A stretch of 64,000 nt of DNA from Coleofasciculus sp. B1-GNL1-01 (GCA_040220235.1 JAVJTO010000034.1), one strand, 5' to 3'. Counted from the first letter of the stretch, positions 11,606-21,943 are shown. Notes: generated from the letters alone by a model not told the origin. Numbers and translations are program-made.

Positions 11606-11936
11606 AATGGTGCGTTACGCTTGGCTAACGCACCCTACACCCGCCCCGACTCAGGTATCTAGACTTCCTGTGAAAAGAAAGGGCGATCCGATAAAATTGA
11701 GTGGACACAGTTGTCAATTTGTGCTAGCGGGACGTCCCTACGGGGAATTAAAAGAGCGATCGCTCTGGAAACGTGTTAAGAAAGAGATGGCTGATGATAG
11801 CGATCGGGAAAAAATCCCAGATAAAAATAATTAGAGGCGCTATAGTAGGGACACGGCACTGCCGTGTCCTTATTGGTAGAACTGCCGTATCCTTATAGAA
11901 ATCTAATCGTATTTCTAAATAAACAGGTTAATTGCC

Positions 11937-12329
11937 ATGAAGATCAGCACCCTATTGACTCCGGCACTCACCTCAACCCTTTTCGCTTCCCTAGGGTTAG
12001 GAGTGGTTGTTAGCATGACCTCAATCATTATGCCTGAAGGAGCGATCGCACAAACCACTGAACGGGTGAATCCCCTAGAAGATCTCGATAATCGGCAAAA
12101 TGAGCGAGATTCACTCACGGGAACCACGGGTAACAGTGGTTTTAATGTCTTTGATTTTATCCATCGCTCCCGTTTAGGCGTTGATTCGGAAGCATTTAAC
12201 AGCGAACTGGATCAAAACTTAGACAATGCGACAGAGGAGTTCCGGCGGCTACAACGGGAACGGTTGAGAAATCAACCACAAGTTCAACCGAATTCCCCCT
12301 CTGTTCCCACCGGAGGTGCAACTCGATAA
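11937..12329 (+). CDS. Hypothetical secreted protein
   Basis: Hydrophobic N-terminus ending AIA-Q. Confidence 0.7.
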   Translation: MKISTLLTPALTSTLFASLGLGVVVSMTSIIMPEGAIAQTTERVNPLEDLDNRQNERDSLTGTTGNSGFNVFDFIHRSRLGVDSEAFNSELDQNLDNATEEFRRLQRERLRNQPQVQPNSPSVPTGGATR

Positions 12330-12354
12330 AACTGTCCTCACAACATTCCCTTTT

Positions 12355-12456
12355 GTAGAGACGTTCCGGCGGAACGTCTCTACCAATCTATAGCAGTAGA
12401 CACATCGATTAGGACTTTCGGCACCATTGTAGAGACGCGCCACGGCGCGTCTCTAC
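12355..12456. repeat. Two GTAG-type REP palindromes
   Basis: GTAGAGACGTTCCGGCGGAACGTCTCTAC (12355-12383) and GTAGAGACGCGCCACGGCGCGTCTCTAC (12429-12456), between convergent genes. Confidence 0.88.
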
Positions 12457-12496
12457 TCTCCAGTTAAAAAAGGTGCAAAATCCTATGGTATAAGCT

Positions 12497-12551
12497 TTCT
12501 GCCCTTCTGCCTCCTGCCTCCTGCCTTCTGCCTTCTGCCTTCTGCCTTCTT
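12497..12551. repeat. Heptamer short tandem repeat (STRR-like)
   Basis: (CTGCCTT/CTGCCTC)n, about 7 units. Confidence 0.85.
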
Positions 12552-12554
12552 GCA

Positions 12555-12989
12555 CTAGCTCATGCTGGCTAGGATATCCTGAGCATGGGAATCGGTTTTC
12601 ACCTTCTCATCAACATACGTGATCGTCCCTTCACCGTTAATCACATAAGTGACGCGCTTGGAGTAACCACCGCCTTCAACATCATAAGCTTTGGTCAGCG
12701 TGCCATCCGGATCAGCGAGCAATTGGAAAGGCAAGCCATACTTCTCCTTAAATTGCTTATGGGATGTCTCATCATCCATGCTCACACCGAGAACAACCAT
12801 ATCTTTGCCTTGATATTCAGCATAGTTGTCCCGGAAGCTTTGGGCTTCCTTGGTGCAACCTGGGGTATCGTCTTTGGGATAAAAATAGAGAACTACTGTT
12901 TTCCCCGCCAAGTCGGACAGGGAAACGGTATTCCCTGCATCATCTTTGGCGGTAAATGCCGGAGCTTTATCACCAACGCTTAAAGCCAT
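12555..12989 (-). CDS. bcp: Peroxiredoxin Q / BCP family
   Basis: LYFYPKDDTPGCTKEA; only one Cys in the protein. Confidence 0.9.
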   Translation of the reverse strand: MALSVGDKAPAFTAKDDAGNTVSLSDLAGKTVVLYFYPKDDTPGCTKEAQSFRDNYAEYQGKDMVVLGVSMDDETSHKQFKEKYGLPFQLLADPDGTLTKAYDVEGGGYSKRVTYVINGEGTITYVDEKVKTDSHAQDILASMS

Positions 12990-13348
12990 AAGTCTTTTTC
13001 CCTGTGTTGACTACTTAACTATTCTTCATCCTACTACGGATAATCAGTGGACTCGATTAAAAAAGTTGGTATGTAACTCAAGGGAAGGTTGATGAGAAAT
13101 TCCCTGTTCCCTGTAGGGGTAACCCGCTTACACCAATTAACAACTCCAATCCACTCAATTAACTCAGGTCGCCCTCGCCTCTGAGGTTAAGATAAAAAGA
13201 AGCGTGACAGACATTTTATCAATTCACTGGCGAAGAATCCCAGCGCCAGATCAATGGTGTGGGGCTTCTCACGGATTACGCTAATCCAGTTGCAGTCAAC
13301 TACCCTGCCCATACACAACATGGAGGAGGTATCCAGCAGCGAATCACG

Positions 13349-13759
13349 ATGACTTCCATTTCCTCTGAAAAAGCCCAGTCGGTTCACTATCCAGAGCGAA
13401 CAGTTAAACGCGCTGAACAAGCTTTGCGCTGTTTGCCTTTCCAGTTAACCTTGTATAAGGAGATGCGTTTGACCAGCGTTTCCCTGCTGGCGATCGCGAC
13501 GCAAAAAGGGATAGAACAGGGCTATACTAAAAGTCCCTTATCCGAGTTGGCAGCCGAACGTGATTTAATGTGGTTGATTCAAGTCGGCGTGTTGCGGCGA
13601 GAAGTTGATGGTCAAGGTATTACCGACAGTTTTCGTCTCACACCCTTGGGTCGTCAACTGGTGGAAAAATGGGCAAGCCGAGGCGAGTCATTGCCCCCGC
13701 CATCCCTGTGCGATCGCATCGCTCACGCCTGGAACCGTTGGTTGCGATTGCCAATCTAA
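13349..13759 (+). CDS. Conserved cyanobacterial protein (Npun_F0494-like)
   Basis: WLIQVGVLRREVDGQGITDSFRLTPLGR motif; start taken at MTSISS. Confidence 0.75.
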   Translation: MTSISSEKAQSVHYPERTVKRAEQALRCLPFQLTLYKEMRLTSVSLLAIATQKGIEQGYTKSPLSELAAERDLMWLIQVGVLRREVDGQGITDSFRLTPLGRQLVEKWASRGESLPPPSLCDRIAHAWNRWLRLPI

Positions 13760-13924
13760 GTGGAATAGCACTGAAATAATATGAGTTCGTAGTCGGCACG
13801 AAGCGTGCCTCAAGCGCTCGCATCGCTCACTACAAACGCTTAAGTCAGTGACATTCAATCTAAGTGCATAGTCTGAGGGTTGCTTCTATTCGTTCTGATT
13901 ACCCGATAACTCTTAACCCGCTTT

Positions 13925-15421
13925 ATGAAATCGCTGATGGTGGTGGGAACAACCTCCCACGCAGGAAAATCCTTTATTACTACCGCCTTGTGTCGTATTC
14001 TTTCCCGGCGCGGTTGGCGTGTGGCTCCGTTTAAGGGACAAAATATGGCGCTCAACGCTTATGTCACCCCCAATGGCGGCGAAATTGGACATGCTCAAGC
14101 GGTTCAAGCTTGGGCGGCTGATGTGACGCCTTGTGTCGAAATGAACCCGATTTTACTCAAACCCCAAGGGGATATGACCTCTCAAGTCATTCTCATGGGT
14201 CAAGTGGCAGGTAAAGTCGGCGCGGCGGATTATTATGAACAGTACTTTGATCGCGGTTGGCAAGCGATTCAAGAGTCCCTAAAGCGTTTGAGTCATGAGT
14301 TTGATTTTGTCGTGTGCGAGGGTGCAGGAAGTCCGGCGGAAATTAATTTGAAGCACCGTGACTTAACCAATATGCGGGTAGCGAAGCATTTAAATGCGCC
14401 GACGTTACTCGTGGTAGATATTGATCGCGGTGGCGCATTTGCCCATGTTGTGGGGACTCTGGAACTCTTGGAACCGGATGAGCGAGCTTTAATTAAGGGC
14501 GTGGTGATTAATAAATTTAGAGGACAGCGATCGCTCTTAGAATCGGGAATTACTTGGCTCGAAGAACGCACCGGAATTCCTGTCATTGGGGTGATTCCCT
14601 GGATTAATGAGATCTTTCCCGCCGAAGACTCTTTGGCATTACTGGATCGCTACAATAAGAGAAAACGGGATAGTGAATTAACGGTGGCGGTCATTCGTTT
14701 CCCTCGCATCTCTAACTTTACCGACTTTGATGCCCTCGAAGCGGAATCAACGGTTAACGTTAAATATTTAACACCGAATCAATCCCTGGGATATCCCGAC
14801 GCCCTGATTTTGCCAGGGACAAAAACCACCATTAGCGATTTGCTCGTGTTGCACAAAACAGGCATGCTCGAAGAGATTAAAAACTATGCCGCTGCGGGGG
14901 GTACAGTGTTAGGGATTTGTGGGGGGTTTCAAATGCTGGGTCAAACCCTGCTTGATCCCGATGGTATTGAAGATGAACCGGGACAATATCAAGGATTAGG
15001 ATTATTACCGATCAAAACCATAATGACCGCCAGAAAAGTGGCACGTCAGCGCCTAGTCACCTCCAACTATCCTCAAGTCGGTTTACCTGTTTCGGGTTAC
15101 GAAATCCATCAAGGGCGTTCTCGGTTGATTGACTCAGAAACTACGGATAATAAGTCTGCCTATCAACCCCTGTTTGATGACCCCGGTTTAGGGTTAGTCG
15201 ATATCACTCAGTCCATTTGGGGAACCTATCTCCATGGTTTATTTGATAATGGTCCCTGGCGACGGGCGTGGTTGAATCAACTGCGACATCAACGTGGACT
15301 TGCGTCTTTGCCAACGGGTATTCCGGACTATCGAGAGCAGCGCGAAGTGGTTTTGAATTCCTTAGCCGATAGCGTCGAGGCTCATTTAGATTTAAGTACT
15401 ATTATTCCTAACTTGGCGTGA
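13925..15421 (+). CDS. cobQ: Cobyric acid synthase
   Basis: VVGTTSHAGKS, PFKGQNMALN, EGAGSPAEINL, GICGGFQMLG, GTYLHGLF. Confidence 0.96.
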   Translation: MKSLMVVGTTSHAGKSFITTALCRILSRRGWRVAPFKGQNMALNAYVTPNGGEIGHAQAVQAWAADVTPCVEMNPILLKPQGDMTSQVILMGQVAGKVGAADYYEQYFDRGWQAIQESLKRLSHEFDFVVCEGAGSPAEINLKHRDLTNMRVAKHLNAPTLLVVDIDRGGAFAHVVGTLELLEPDERALIKGVVINKFRGQRSLLESGITWLEERTGIPVIGVIPWINEIFPAEDSLALLDRYNKRKRDSELTVAVIRFPRISNFTDFDALEAESTVNVKYLTPNQSLGYPDALILPGTKTTISDLLVLHKTGMLEEIKNYAAAGGTVLGICGGFQMLGQTLLDPDGIEDEPGQYQGLGLLPIKTIMTARKVARQRLVTSNYPQVGLPVSGYEIHQGRSRLIDSETTDNKSAYQPLFDDPGLGLVDITQSIWGTYLHGLFDNGPWRRAWLNQLRHQRGLASLPTGIPDYREQREVVLNSLADSVEAHLDLSTIIPNLA

Positions 15422-15442
15422 GTTAATCACTAAAATCTGTTC

Positions 15443-15682
15443 ATGAGTGTTACCATTCGATTTTTACCCGATGATGTCACCATTAATGCAGAAGTAGGAG
15501 AACCCTTACTGCAAGTGGCTCAACGTGCTGGTGTTTTCATTCCCACAGGATGTCTGATGGGTTCCTGTCATGCTTGCGAGGTTGAGATTAACGACGGAGA
15601 AACGATTTGTGCCTGTATCTCGGCTGTACCACCGGGTCAGGAACAGCTTACGATTAATCTTTACAGTGATCCAACCTGGTAA
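15443..15682 (+). CDS. 2Fe-2S ferredoxin-like protein
   Basis: GCLMGSCHAC...CAC. Confidence 0.88.
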   Translation: MSVTIRFLPDDVTINAEVGEPLLQVAQRAGVFIPTGCLMGSCHACEVEINDGETICACISAVPPGQEQLTINLYSDPTW

Positions 15683-15872
15683 GTTATTGGTCATTGGTCA
15701 TTTGTCATTGGTCATTTGAATTTCTTCTTGAGTAATTGAGCAATCATTATGATCAGTGAATCTCTGTTTTCTGTTGACTATGATACTAGCTTAACCTAAA
15801 CTTTCCCCCTACAGATGGAGGTTGAACAGTAGAGCCAGCGTAAATCCCAATACGGCTCGGATACAGCATCTT

Positions 15873-17500
15873 GTGACGTACCCAGCGCTGCCGTTACCGG
15901 ACAGCGTGGGCAACTGAAGCCTTAAATAAAGCGGTCAGAACTTCCTTTGAGGTACTATTAGTAGTAGAAGTTACTACTACTGGATTCCCTCTACGGCGTT
16001 TTATCGTAGGGAACACGTCCAGCCCTACACGTTTTAGGTTGATAGCAGCATTAATATCTCTATCAACCCAGATTTTTAACAGTTCATCCCAATACTCTCG
16101 AATCGAGCAGTCCGTAAACACGAACTCATCTCGGTAACAGAGGATTTGGGAAGTATAAGCAGGATTCTTTTCAACAACCACAGCTCCAGCTTTTGCAGCT
16201 ATGTAACTCAGAGTTGAGAAGAATTGTCCGAATGCAGCATCCAACCAGGACTTGTTCAGTCCGGACTTAGCCGACTGACCATTAGGAAGATATTTCCCGT
16301 CATCATCCTGCTTGGGTGCATTGCGCTTGGTTAAACCTTTGAGGTTTAAATCCTCACAGAAAAACACCTTCTTGCCGCTTCGCACCAATTTGTGCGCGGT
16401 CTTATATTGGAAGTCTTGACGACTTCTAGCAATGCGTTGGTGAAACTTTGCTTCTCTTTTGGCTAGTTTACGGCGACGGCGAGACCCTTTCTTTTTAGCG
16501 TTTCGCTTGGTCTGCAATCTGCCTAACCTGTTGAGGTTTTTCCTTAAGGGCTTAAGAGAGGGTAGGCTTTCACCTTCAGAGGTGGCAAGATATACATCCT
16601 CGTGTAGAACAGCATCAAGCCCCATCGAGTTATCCCAAGTTGGGATTATCTTGTCTGGGGTGAAATCTGGAACAGACGGGTTATCCAAGATAAATGATGC
16701 GTACCAGCCGTCAGGCTTCTTGGTGACGCTGATTTGCTTGAGGTTAAACCCGTCTGGTATTGGGCGATGAGTTCTAACCTTGACCAGCCCAATCTTAGGT
16801 AGTCTTAGGTAAAGCCAACGACCGTTGACCGTACAGAACTTCAACCACTCGTTCTTTACCCCGTCAAATACCATTGTTCGGTAGCGAGACTCGCTTTTGA
16901 ACCGGGGTTTACCAGAGCGTTTTCCCTTCTTGTCTCCTTTGATGTACCGTTCAAACGCCTTATCAACTCGCTTACAGACATCCTGCAAAATAGTCGAATA
17001 GATATCACTGAAGTCTAGGAGTTCCCCTGACCACTTAACCAACGCCAAATCTTTCTTAATAGAAGGGAGTTGGTTTTTCTGGTTGTAATAATTGGGACGT
17101 TCCTTAAGTTCTGGAAGGTGACAAATCAGGGGACAGGAATTAACCGAACATCGGTTCTGCTCCCACCAATCCATTCGTTCGCCCAGCATTCTGTTGTACC
17201 AATAGCGACAAACCCTCAATCCTTGATTGAGGGAGAGCTTTTGCTTGGTACTGGGATAAAGGCGATACTGGTAGGATTTTTTCATATCTTATATTCTACC
17301 ACATTATAGTCAAAAAGAAACGCTACAGATCTAGTTATTTTAATGTAGCGCTGTTACAAGAATATTAAAGTTCTTAAGCAATAAATTCGCGGACAGCATG
17401 TAACCAAATGTGAAAGAAGAGGATGTCGAACCCTCTTCTTTAACCGCCTATCCATCCCAGCGCCGCCTTTCAGGACGGCGTGGGTCTTCCGGCGTTTTTG
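15873..17500 (-). mobile_element. IS200/IS605-family tnpB-only (IS1341-type) element
   Basis: Homologous subterminal hairpins at both ends (CCCAGCGCTGCCG..CGGACAGCGTGGG 15881-15910; CCCAGCGCCGCC..GGACGGCGTGGG 17456-17484); right end GGGTACGTCAC; left end TTTAG|CAAAAACGCCGGAAGACCC; no tnpA. Confidence 0.8.
15894..17285 (-). CDS. tnpB: RNA-guided endonuclease TnpB
   Basis: YQYRLYP N-terminus, GKPRFK, RuvC-I GLD, RuvC-II CEDL, KSGLNKSWLDAAFGQF, RuvC-III DRDINAAINL. Confidence 0.93.
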   Translation of the reverse strand: MKKSYQYRLYPSTKQKLSLNQGLRVCRYWYNRMLGERMDWWEQNRCSVNSCPLICHLPELKERPNYYNQKNQLPSIKKDLALVKWSGELLDFSDIYSTILQDVCKRVDKAFERYIKGDKKGKRSGKPRFKSESRYRTMVFDGVKNEWLKFCTVNGRWLYLRLPKIGLVKVRTHRPIPDGFNLKQISVTKKPDGWYASFILDNPSVPDFTPDKIIPTWDNSMGLDAVLHEDVYLATSEGESLPSLKPLRKNLNRLGRLQTKRNAKKKGSRRRRKLAKREAKFHQRIARSRQDFQYKTAHKLVRSGKKVFFCEDLNLKGLTKRNAPKQDDDGKYLPNGQSAKSGLNKSWLDAAFGQFFSTLSYIAAKAGAVVVEKNPAYTSQILCYRDEFVFTDCSIREYWDELLKIWVDRDINAAINLKRVGLDVFPTIKRRRGNPVVVTSTTNSTSKEVLTALFKASVAHAVR

Positions 17501-17588
17501 CTAAAACGGTGTATCACATCGAGCCTGAAAACGCTGTAACGCCGCTAAAATGATGGAATAGATTTCACAGTAATCAATACCTCTGATC

Positions 17589-18461
17589 ATGATTCGTCTG
17601 CCCACCCAATCCAATCCCCCAGATTCTCCCCGGCAAACTTTGCCGACCATGTATGATTTACCCAGTGATAATCCGGAGGACCCTGGATTGCCTGATGAGT
17701 TTCACTTTTTTCAACCCCTGCTACTCCTTTTAACCTTTCAACCAACGAATTGGAATTGGGAGGAGGTGTTTTCTGCCTGCGATTTGAATCTTTATTATGA
17801 TGTTAATCATACTCACTGGTACAAGCGTCCCGATTGGTTTGGCGTTGTCGGAATTCCTCGCTTGTATGAACAGCGAGAGTTGCGTTTAAGTTATGTGATT
17901 TGGCAAGAGCAAATTAGTCCTTTTGTGGTAGTGGAGTTATTATCTCCGGGGACGGAAGATGAGGATTTTGGACGGACAATACCCCAAGCCGGAAGTCCAC
18001 CGACAAAATGGCAGGTTTATGAAAAGATTTTGCGGGTACCGTACTATGTGATTTTTAGCCGCTATACCTTGGAACTGCAAATCTTTCATTTAGTTGAGGG
18101 GAAGTATCAACGGGTGAATTTAACCGATAATCGGTTGGTCATACCCGAATTAGGGTTAAGCTTAGGATTATGGTCAGGACGGTTTCGGGAGATTAACGGA
18201 CGTTGGTTGCGATGGATGACCCCTTCAGGCGAGTTGATTCCTACGGATAATGAACAGGCTGTATTTGCTGAACAACGGGCAATCGCCGCCGAAGAACGCG
18301 CCCAGCAGGAAGCCCAACTTGCTCGATTAGCTGAAGAACGCGCCCAGCAGGAAGCCCAACGCGCACAATTAGCCGAAGAACAGGTACTTGCTGCTGAGGA
18401 ACGCGCCCAGCAATTGGCGCAACGGTTGCGAGAATTAGGGATTGATCCGGATAATGTATAG
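17589..18461 (+). CDS. Uma2 family (DUF820) endonuclease-like protein with coiled-coil tail
   Basis: RPDWF, VVELLSPGT, WLRW, EERAQQEAQ repeats, LRELGIDP. Confidence 0.9.
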   Translation: MIRLPTQSNPPDSPRQTLPTMYDLPSDNPEDPGLPDEFHFFQPLLLLLTFQPTNWNWEEVFSACDLNLYYDVNHTHWYKRPDWFGVVGIPRLYEQRELRLSYVIWQEQISPFVVVELLSPGTEDEDFGRTIPQAGSPPTKWQVYEKILRVPYYVIFSRYTLELQIFHLVEGKYQRVNLTDNRLVIPELGLSLGLWSGRFREINGRWLRWMTPSGELIPTDNEQAVFAEQRAIAAEERAQQEAQLARLAEERAQQEAQRAQLAEEQVLAAEERAQQLAQRLRELGIDPDNV

Positions 18462-18726
18462 GGCAAGATAAGCTGTCATGCATTTAAATTGGGTATGAGT
18501 AGCGAGCAAATTGGGTGTGAGTAGCGAGCAAGATGCAAAGCCTGCGGCATGGCTTCGCTAAACGCACTACGACGATTTCGCCGTTGATGAATTTAAGGTG
18601 GGTGGGCATATTGCCCACCCTACGGGATATTAATGGGGTTATGGCGGCTAAAAGGCTTCATAAAAATCCATGTTCTTGGCGAACACTGGTAAGTTAGTTA
18701 TTATTGCTCGCTTTCGTTACTGCATT

Positions 18727-19377
18727 ATGTCATCGACTGTATCCTCTACTTCTAGCCAAGCGATTCCGGTTGAGAAAATCCGTTATAACGATCAGGGGCT
18801 TGTCCCCGCTATTGTCCAGGATTATCTGGATGGTACGGTATTGATGATGGCGTGGATGAATCGGGAATCGTTGCAGAAAACCTTGGACACGGGGGAAACC
18901 TGGTTCTGGAGTCGATCGCGTCAGGAATTATGGCACAAAGGCGCAACATCGGGTCATTTGCAATATGTGCGATCGCTCCGGTATGACTGTGATAGTGATA
19001 CGCTGCTGATTGGTGTGGAACAGGTGGGGGATATTGCCTGTCATACGGGGGAACGGAGTTGTTTTCATCAGGTGGATGGGATAAAAGCTGCACCGCCAGC
19101 CGATACCTTGTCTCAGGTGTTTGAGGTGATTTGCGATCGCCGGAATAATCCTACCCCTGAATCCTATACCTGTAAGCTATTTAATGGTGGGGATAATAAG
19201 ATTCTTAAAAAGATTGGTGAAGAAGCCGCCGAGGTAGTCATGGCGTGTAAGGATGATGAGAAAGATGCGATCGCCTCAGAAGCGGCGGATTTGTTTTATC
19301 ACACCTTGGTAGCGTTGGCGCATCACCAGGTTGATGTGCGGGATATTTATCGCAAGTTACAGGAAAGACGGCGGTAA
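18727..19377 (+). CDS. hisIE: Phosphoribosyl-AMP cyclohydrolase / phosphoribosyl-ATP pyrophosphatase
   Basis: [40 protein letters not shown]. Confidence 0.96.
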   Translation: MSSTVSSTSSQAIPVEKIRYNDQGLVPAIVQDYLDGTVLMMAWMNRESLQKTLDTGETWFWSRSRQELWHKGATSGHLQYVRSLRYDCDSDTLLIGVEQVGDIACHTGERSCFHQVDGIKAAPPADTLSQVFEVICDRRNNPTPESYTCKLFNGGDNKILKKIGEEAAEVVMACKDDEKDAIASEAADLFYHTLVALAHHQVDVRDIYRKLQERRR

Positions 19378-19452
19378 ATAACCGATAAAAACGGATGGGG
19401 ATTTCCGCCGATTTTGTTCAAATTAATGACACCGGAAGCCTAAGGTTTAATC

Positions 19453-20580
19453 ATGACATCCTTATATTTTAAAGGATTTATTCGGGATATTCGGTATAAT
19501 CCCCAGTTCCGTTCTAAACTGAAAGTTTATCCGCTTAATTCATTTGACATTAACACAGCCTCCTCTTCTGGTATCATCGAATTAGATAGTCCAGAGAATA
19601 CATTAGCCTTCTCAAAATGGGTTTCTCCTAAAAGAACTCGGTCTTATCCTTTTGCCAGAATCTACAATACCTATTACTTAAATACTAAAAAAGTTACAAT
19701 AATTCCAATTATTAAGGATGAAGGACTGGCTGGTGATCATGATCGGATTAACTTTATTACCTTTTCTTGGATGAGTTTGTTAAATGTCTACATTATCTTG
19801 GCTTGGTATGAAAATGCGGAAAATGTCAAGGCAAACTCAGATAAGCTAACCAAACAAAAATTCAATCCTGCTTACGTTAGAGAAAAAATTAACGAAATAG
19901 CTAACTATCAATTAACAGCGTTACACTGGAACACGACTCATTTTCAAAATGACTTTAACGATATCTATAGAACCGCTGTCAATCGGTATCAAGTGATCTC
20001 GCAAAATCAAGGCGTTCCAGTGCGAAGCCAAAATAATCAACTGGCTGTCCTGGAACAGTTTAATGTGAACAACGATTTCAGTCTAGAAAAGTTCAAAGAT
20101 TATACCCTGCCAAAATCTCTCAAAGCTGCTCAACGAGAAGTCCTAACCAGGCATGAGTTGGAATATTTAGCAGACGGAGATAAGGGAATATTTGAAATTT
20201 CCAATTATTTAGGCGGACAGTATTATCTCACAGTCGATGAAGTTTATCAAGAGGATAATACGTACATTCTACAAGAATCAAAAAATAGTCGCAAAAAATT
20301 GCCTACTCTAGCAGATATTAAAGATGGATTATTTAAACTTATCTTGTTTGCCAACCTAGAAAAACTCTTGATTGATGATTCTGAAATTAACTTCCTCGTG
20401 TGTCTAAAAATAACGGGACATATCATCGGTTCCTTATCACTGCCAACGACTAATGATGTTATCCACGAATTTTGCCAAAGCAATCGATTTAGTCCTGTGC
20501 AAGTAAGAACTATTATGAAACTCGCTCAAGAGTGTACGGTTAATCCTAAACTATCTATCCTGATTGATTCATCTAGTTAA
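19453..20580 (+). CDS. Putative type II restriction endonuclease
   Basis: AT-rich ORF ending 1 nt before the MTase start; PD-(D/E)xK-like TVDEVY...LQESK. Confidence 0.6.
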   Translation: MTSLYFKGFIRDIRYNPQFRSKLKVYPLNSFDINTASSSGIIELDSPENTLAFSKWVSPKRTRSYPFARIYNTYYLNTKKVTIIPIIKDEGLAGDHDRINFITFSWMSLLNVYIILAWYENAENVKANSDKLTKQKFNPAYVREKINEIANYQLTALHWNTTHFQNDFNDIYRTAVNRYQVISQNQGVPVRSQNNQLAVLEQFNVNNDFSLEKFKDYTLPKSLKAAQREVLTRHELEYLADGDKGIFEISNYLGGQYYLTVDEVYQEDNTYILQESKNSRKKLPTLADIKDGLFKLILFANLEKLLIDDSEINFLVCLKITGHIIGSLSLPTTNDVIHEFCQSNRFSPVQVRTIMKLAQECTVNPKLSILIDSSS

Positions 20581-20581
20581 A

Positions 20582-21385
20582 ATGAGCAAAAGTCCTCTTC
20601 GATATCCGGGCGGTAAATCAAAGGCATTAGACAAAATATTGCCCTATATTCCTTGGGATATCCAAGAATTTAGAGAGCCATTTGTCGGTGGGGGTTCAGT
20701 ATTTTTAAAAGTAAAAGCCAGTAGAGCTTTATTTCCTATACATTACTGGATTAATGATTTAAATTATGATTTATGCTGCTTCTGGAAAATTGCCAAAGAA
20801 AACAATCATAAACTCATTGAAACTATCCGCAATATGCAAGTTACCTATCCAGAAGGTAGGCAGCTATATAATTGGCTCACGGTCAAAAATCATAAGTTAT
20901 CTGAATTAGAACTGGCTGCACGTTTTTTTATATTGAATAGAATTACCTTTTCCGGAACAGTAGATTCAGGAGGGTATTCTCAGAAAGCCTTTGAACAGAG
21001 ATTTACAGAATCATCGATAGAGAGACTGATCCATGTAGCGCCGTGTCTTGCATCAGTGACGATTACCCATGGAGATTATGAACAACTCATTGAGCCAGAT
21101 GGCAACAATGTATTTATCTTCCTTGATCCTCCTTACTATCAAGCAAAAAAATCTAAATTATACGGTGTTAAAGGTCACTTACACACCTCCTTCGACCATC
21201 AGCGATTTGCTAATATTATGAAGAATTGTCAGCACAGATGGTTGATTACTTATGATGATTCACCTGAAATTCGAGACCTATTTAGTTTTGCTAAAATCAT
21301 TGAATGGGAGTTGCAGTATGGCATGAATAATTACAAAAAGAAAACGGCGGCAAAAGGTCATGAGTTATTTATCAAAAATTACTAA
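20582..21385 (+). CDS. DNA adenine methyltransferase (D12/Dam-like class)
   Basis: SPLRYPGGKS, EPFVGGGSV, INDLN, FLDPPY. Confidence 0.92.
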   Translation: MSKSPLRYPGGKSKALDKILPYIPWDIQEFREPFVGGGSVFLKVKASRALFPIHYWINDLNYDLCCFWKIAKENNHKLIETIRNMQVTYPEGRQLYNWLTVKNHKLSELELAARFFILNRITFSGTVDSGGYSQKAFEQRFTESSIERLIHVAPCLASVTITHGDYEQLIEPDGNNVFIFLDPPYYQAKKSKLYGVKGHLHTSFDHQRFANIMKNCQHRWLITYDDSPEIRDLFSFAKIIEWELQYGMNNYKKKTAAKGHELFIKNY

Positions 21386-21659
21386 ATTCAGGATTAGCGA
21401 TGTATTGTTCTATAGGGGCATAGCGTAAATTATCCTCTAGTTTTTCAGCACCGTAGTGACGCAAGACTTGTCGTTGAGCCAGTAACTGACCAAATTCATA
21501 CTGATCCATCTGTGCGAGTTCTCTAGCCTTACCGAAGGATAGGAGTTTTTCAGTATAAAGGGCAACCGCCAACTCACATAATAATTCTTGCTCAATCCTT
21601 TGTTCAGGTAAGCGAATTGCACGGAGTACGGAGTCAGGAATCGATAACTGAAGGCTCAT
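21372..21659 (-). CDS. UPF0175 family protein (putative antitoxin)
   Basis: ELAVALY...LSFGKARELA...EFGQLL. Confidence 0.8.
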   Translation of the reverse strand: MSLQLSIPDSVLRAIRLPEQRIEQELLCELAVALYTEKLLSFGKARELAQMDQYEFGQLLAQRQVLRHYGAEKLEDNLRYAPIEQYIANPEFSNF

Positions 21660-21824
21660 TTGTTCTTTCCTATTCTCAGCTATTCTTTCTTACAGTAACA
21701 AAGAAGCTAAATACAGCTCGGTTCATTGGTGAAAAATACGATCGCATCCCTCAGTCGTAATGGGAACATGTCACCTTTGCAGGTTGGGTTCTTGGAACGT
21801 AGGCTCTCGCCTTCTCGTACTCGC

Positions 21825-21943
21825 CTAGTACAAGAAGGCAGAAAGAAGTCCGAAGGCAAAGGGCAAAAGGCTATAAGGAACCTATGGTAGCTGCTTTTAG
21901 GGAGCTTATTAACTGGTTAGTTATTTCTGCCACGCTGCACTAG
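21825..21943. mobile_element. Small MITE-like element nested in other repeats
   Basis: Imperfect terminal inverted repeats CTAGTACAAGAAGGCAGAAA / TTTCTGCCACGCTGCACTAG. Confidence 0.5.

Noticed and set aside
12585..12983. Antisense ORFs in the track (e.g. 12585-12983, 22817-23269, 25780-26169, 39081-39446)
   Set aside because: They overlap well-supported genes on the opposite strand and have no recognisable motifs.
12555..12989. Peroxiredoxin lacking a resolving Cys as a novelty
   Set aside because: 1-Cys BCP/PrxQ variants are well known.
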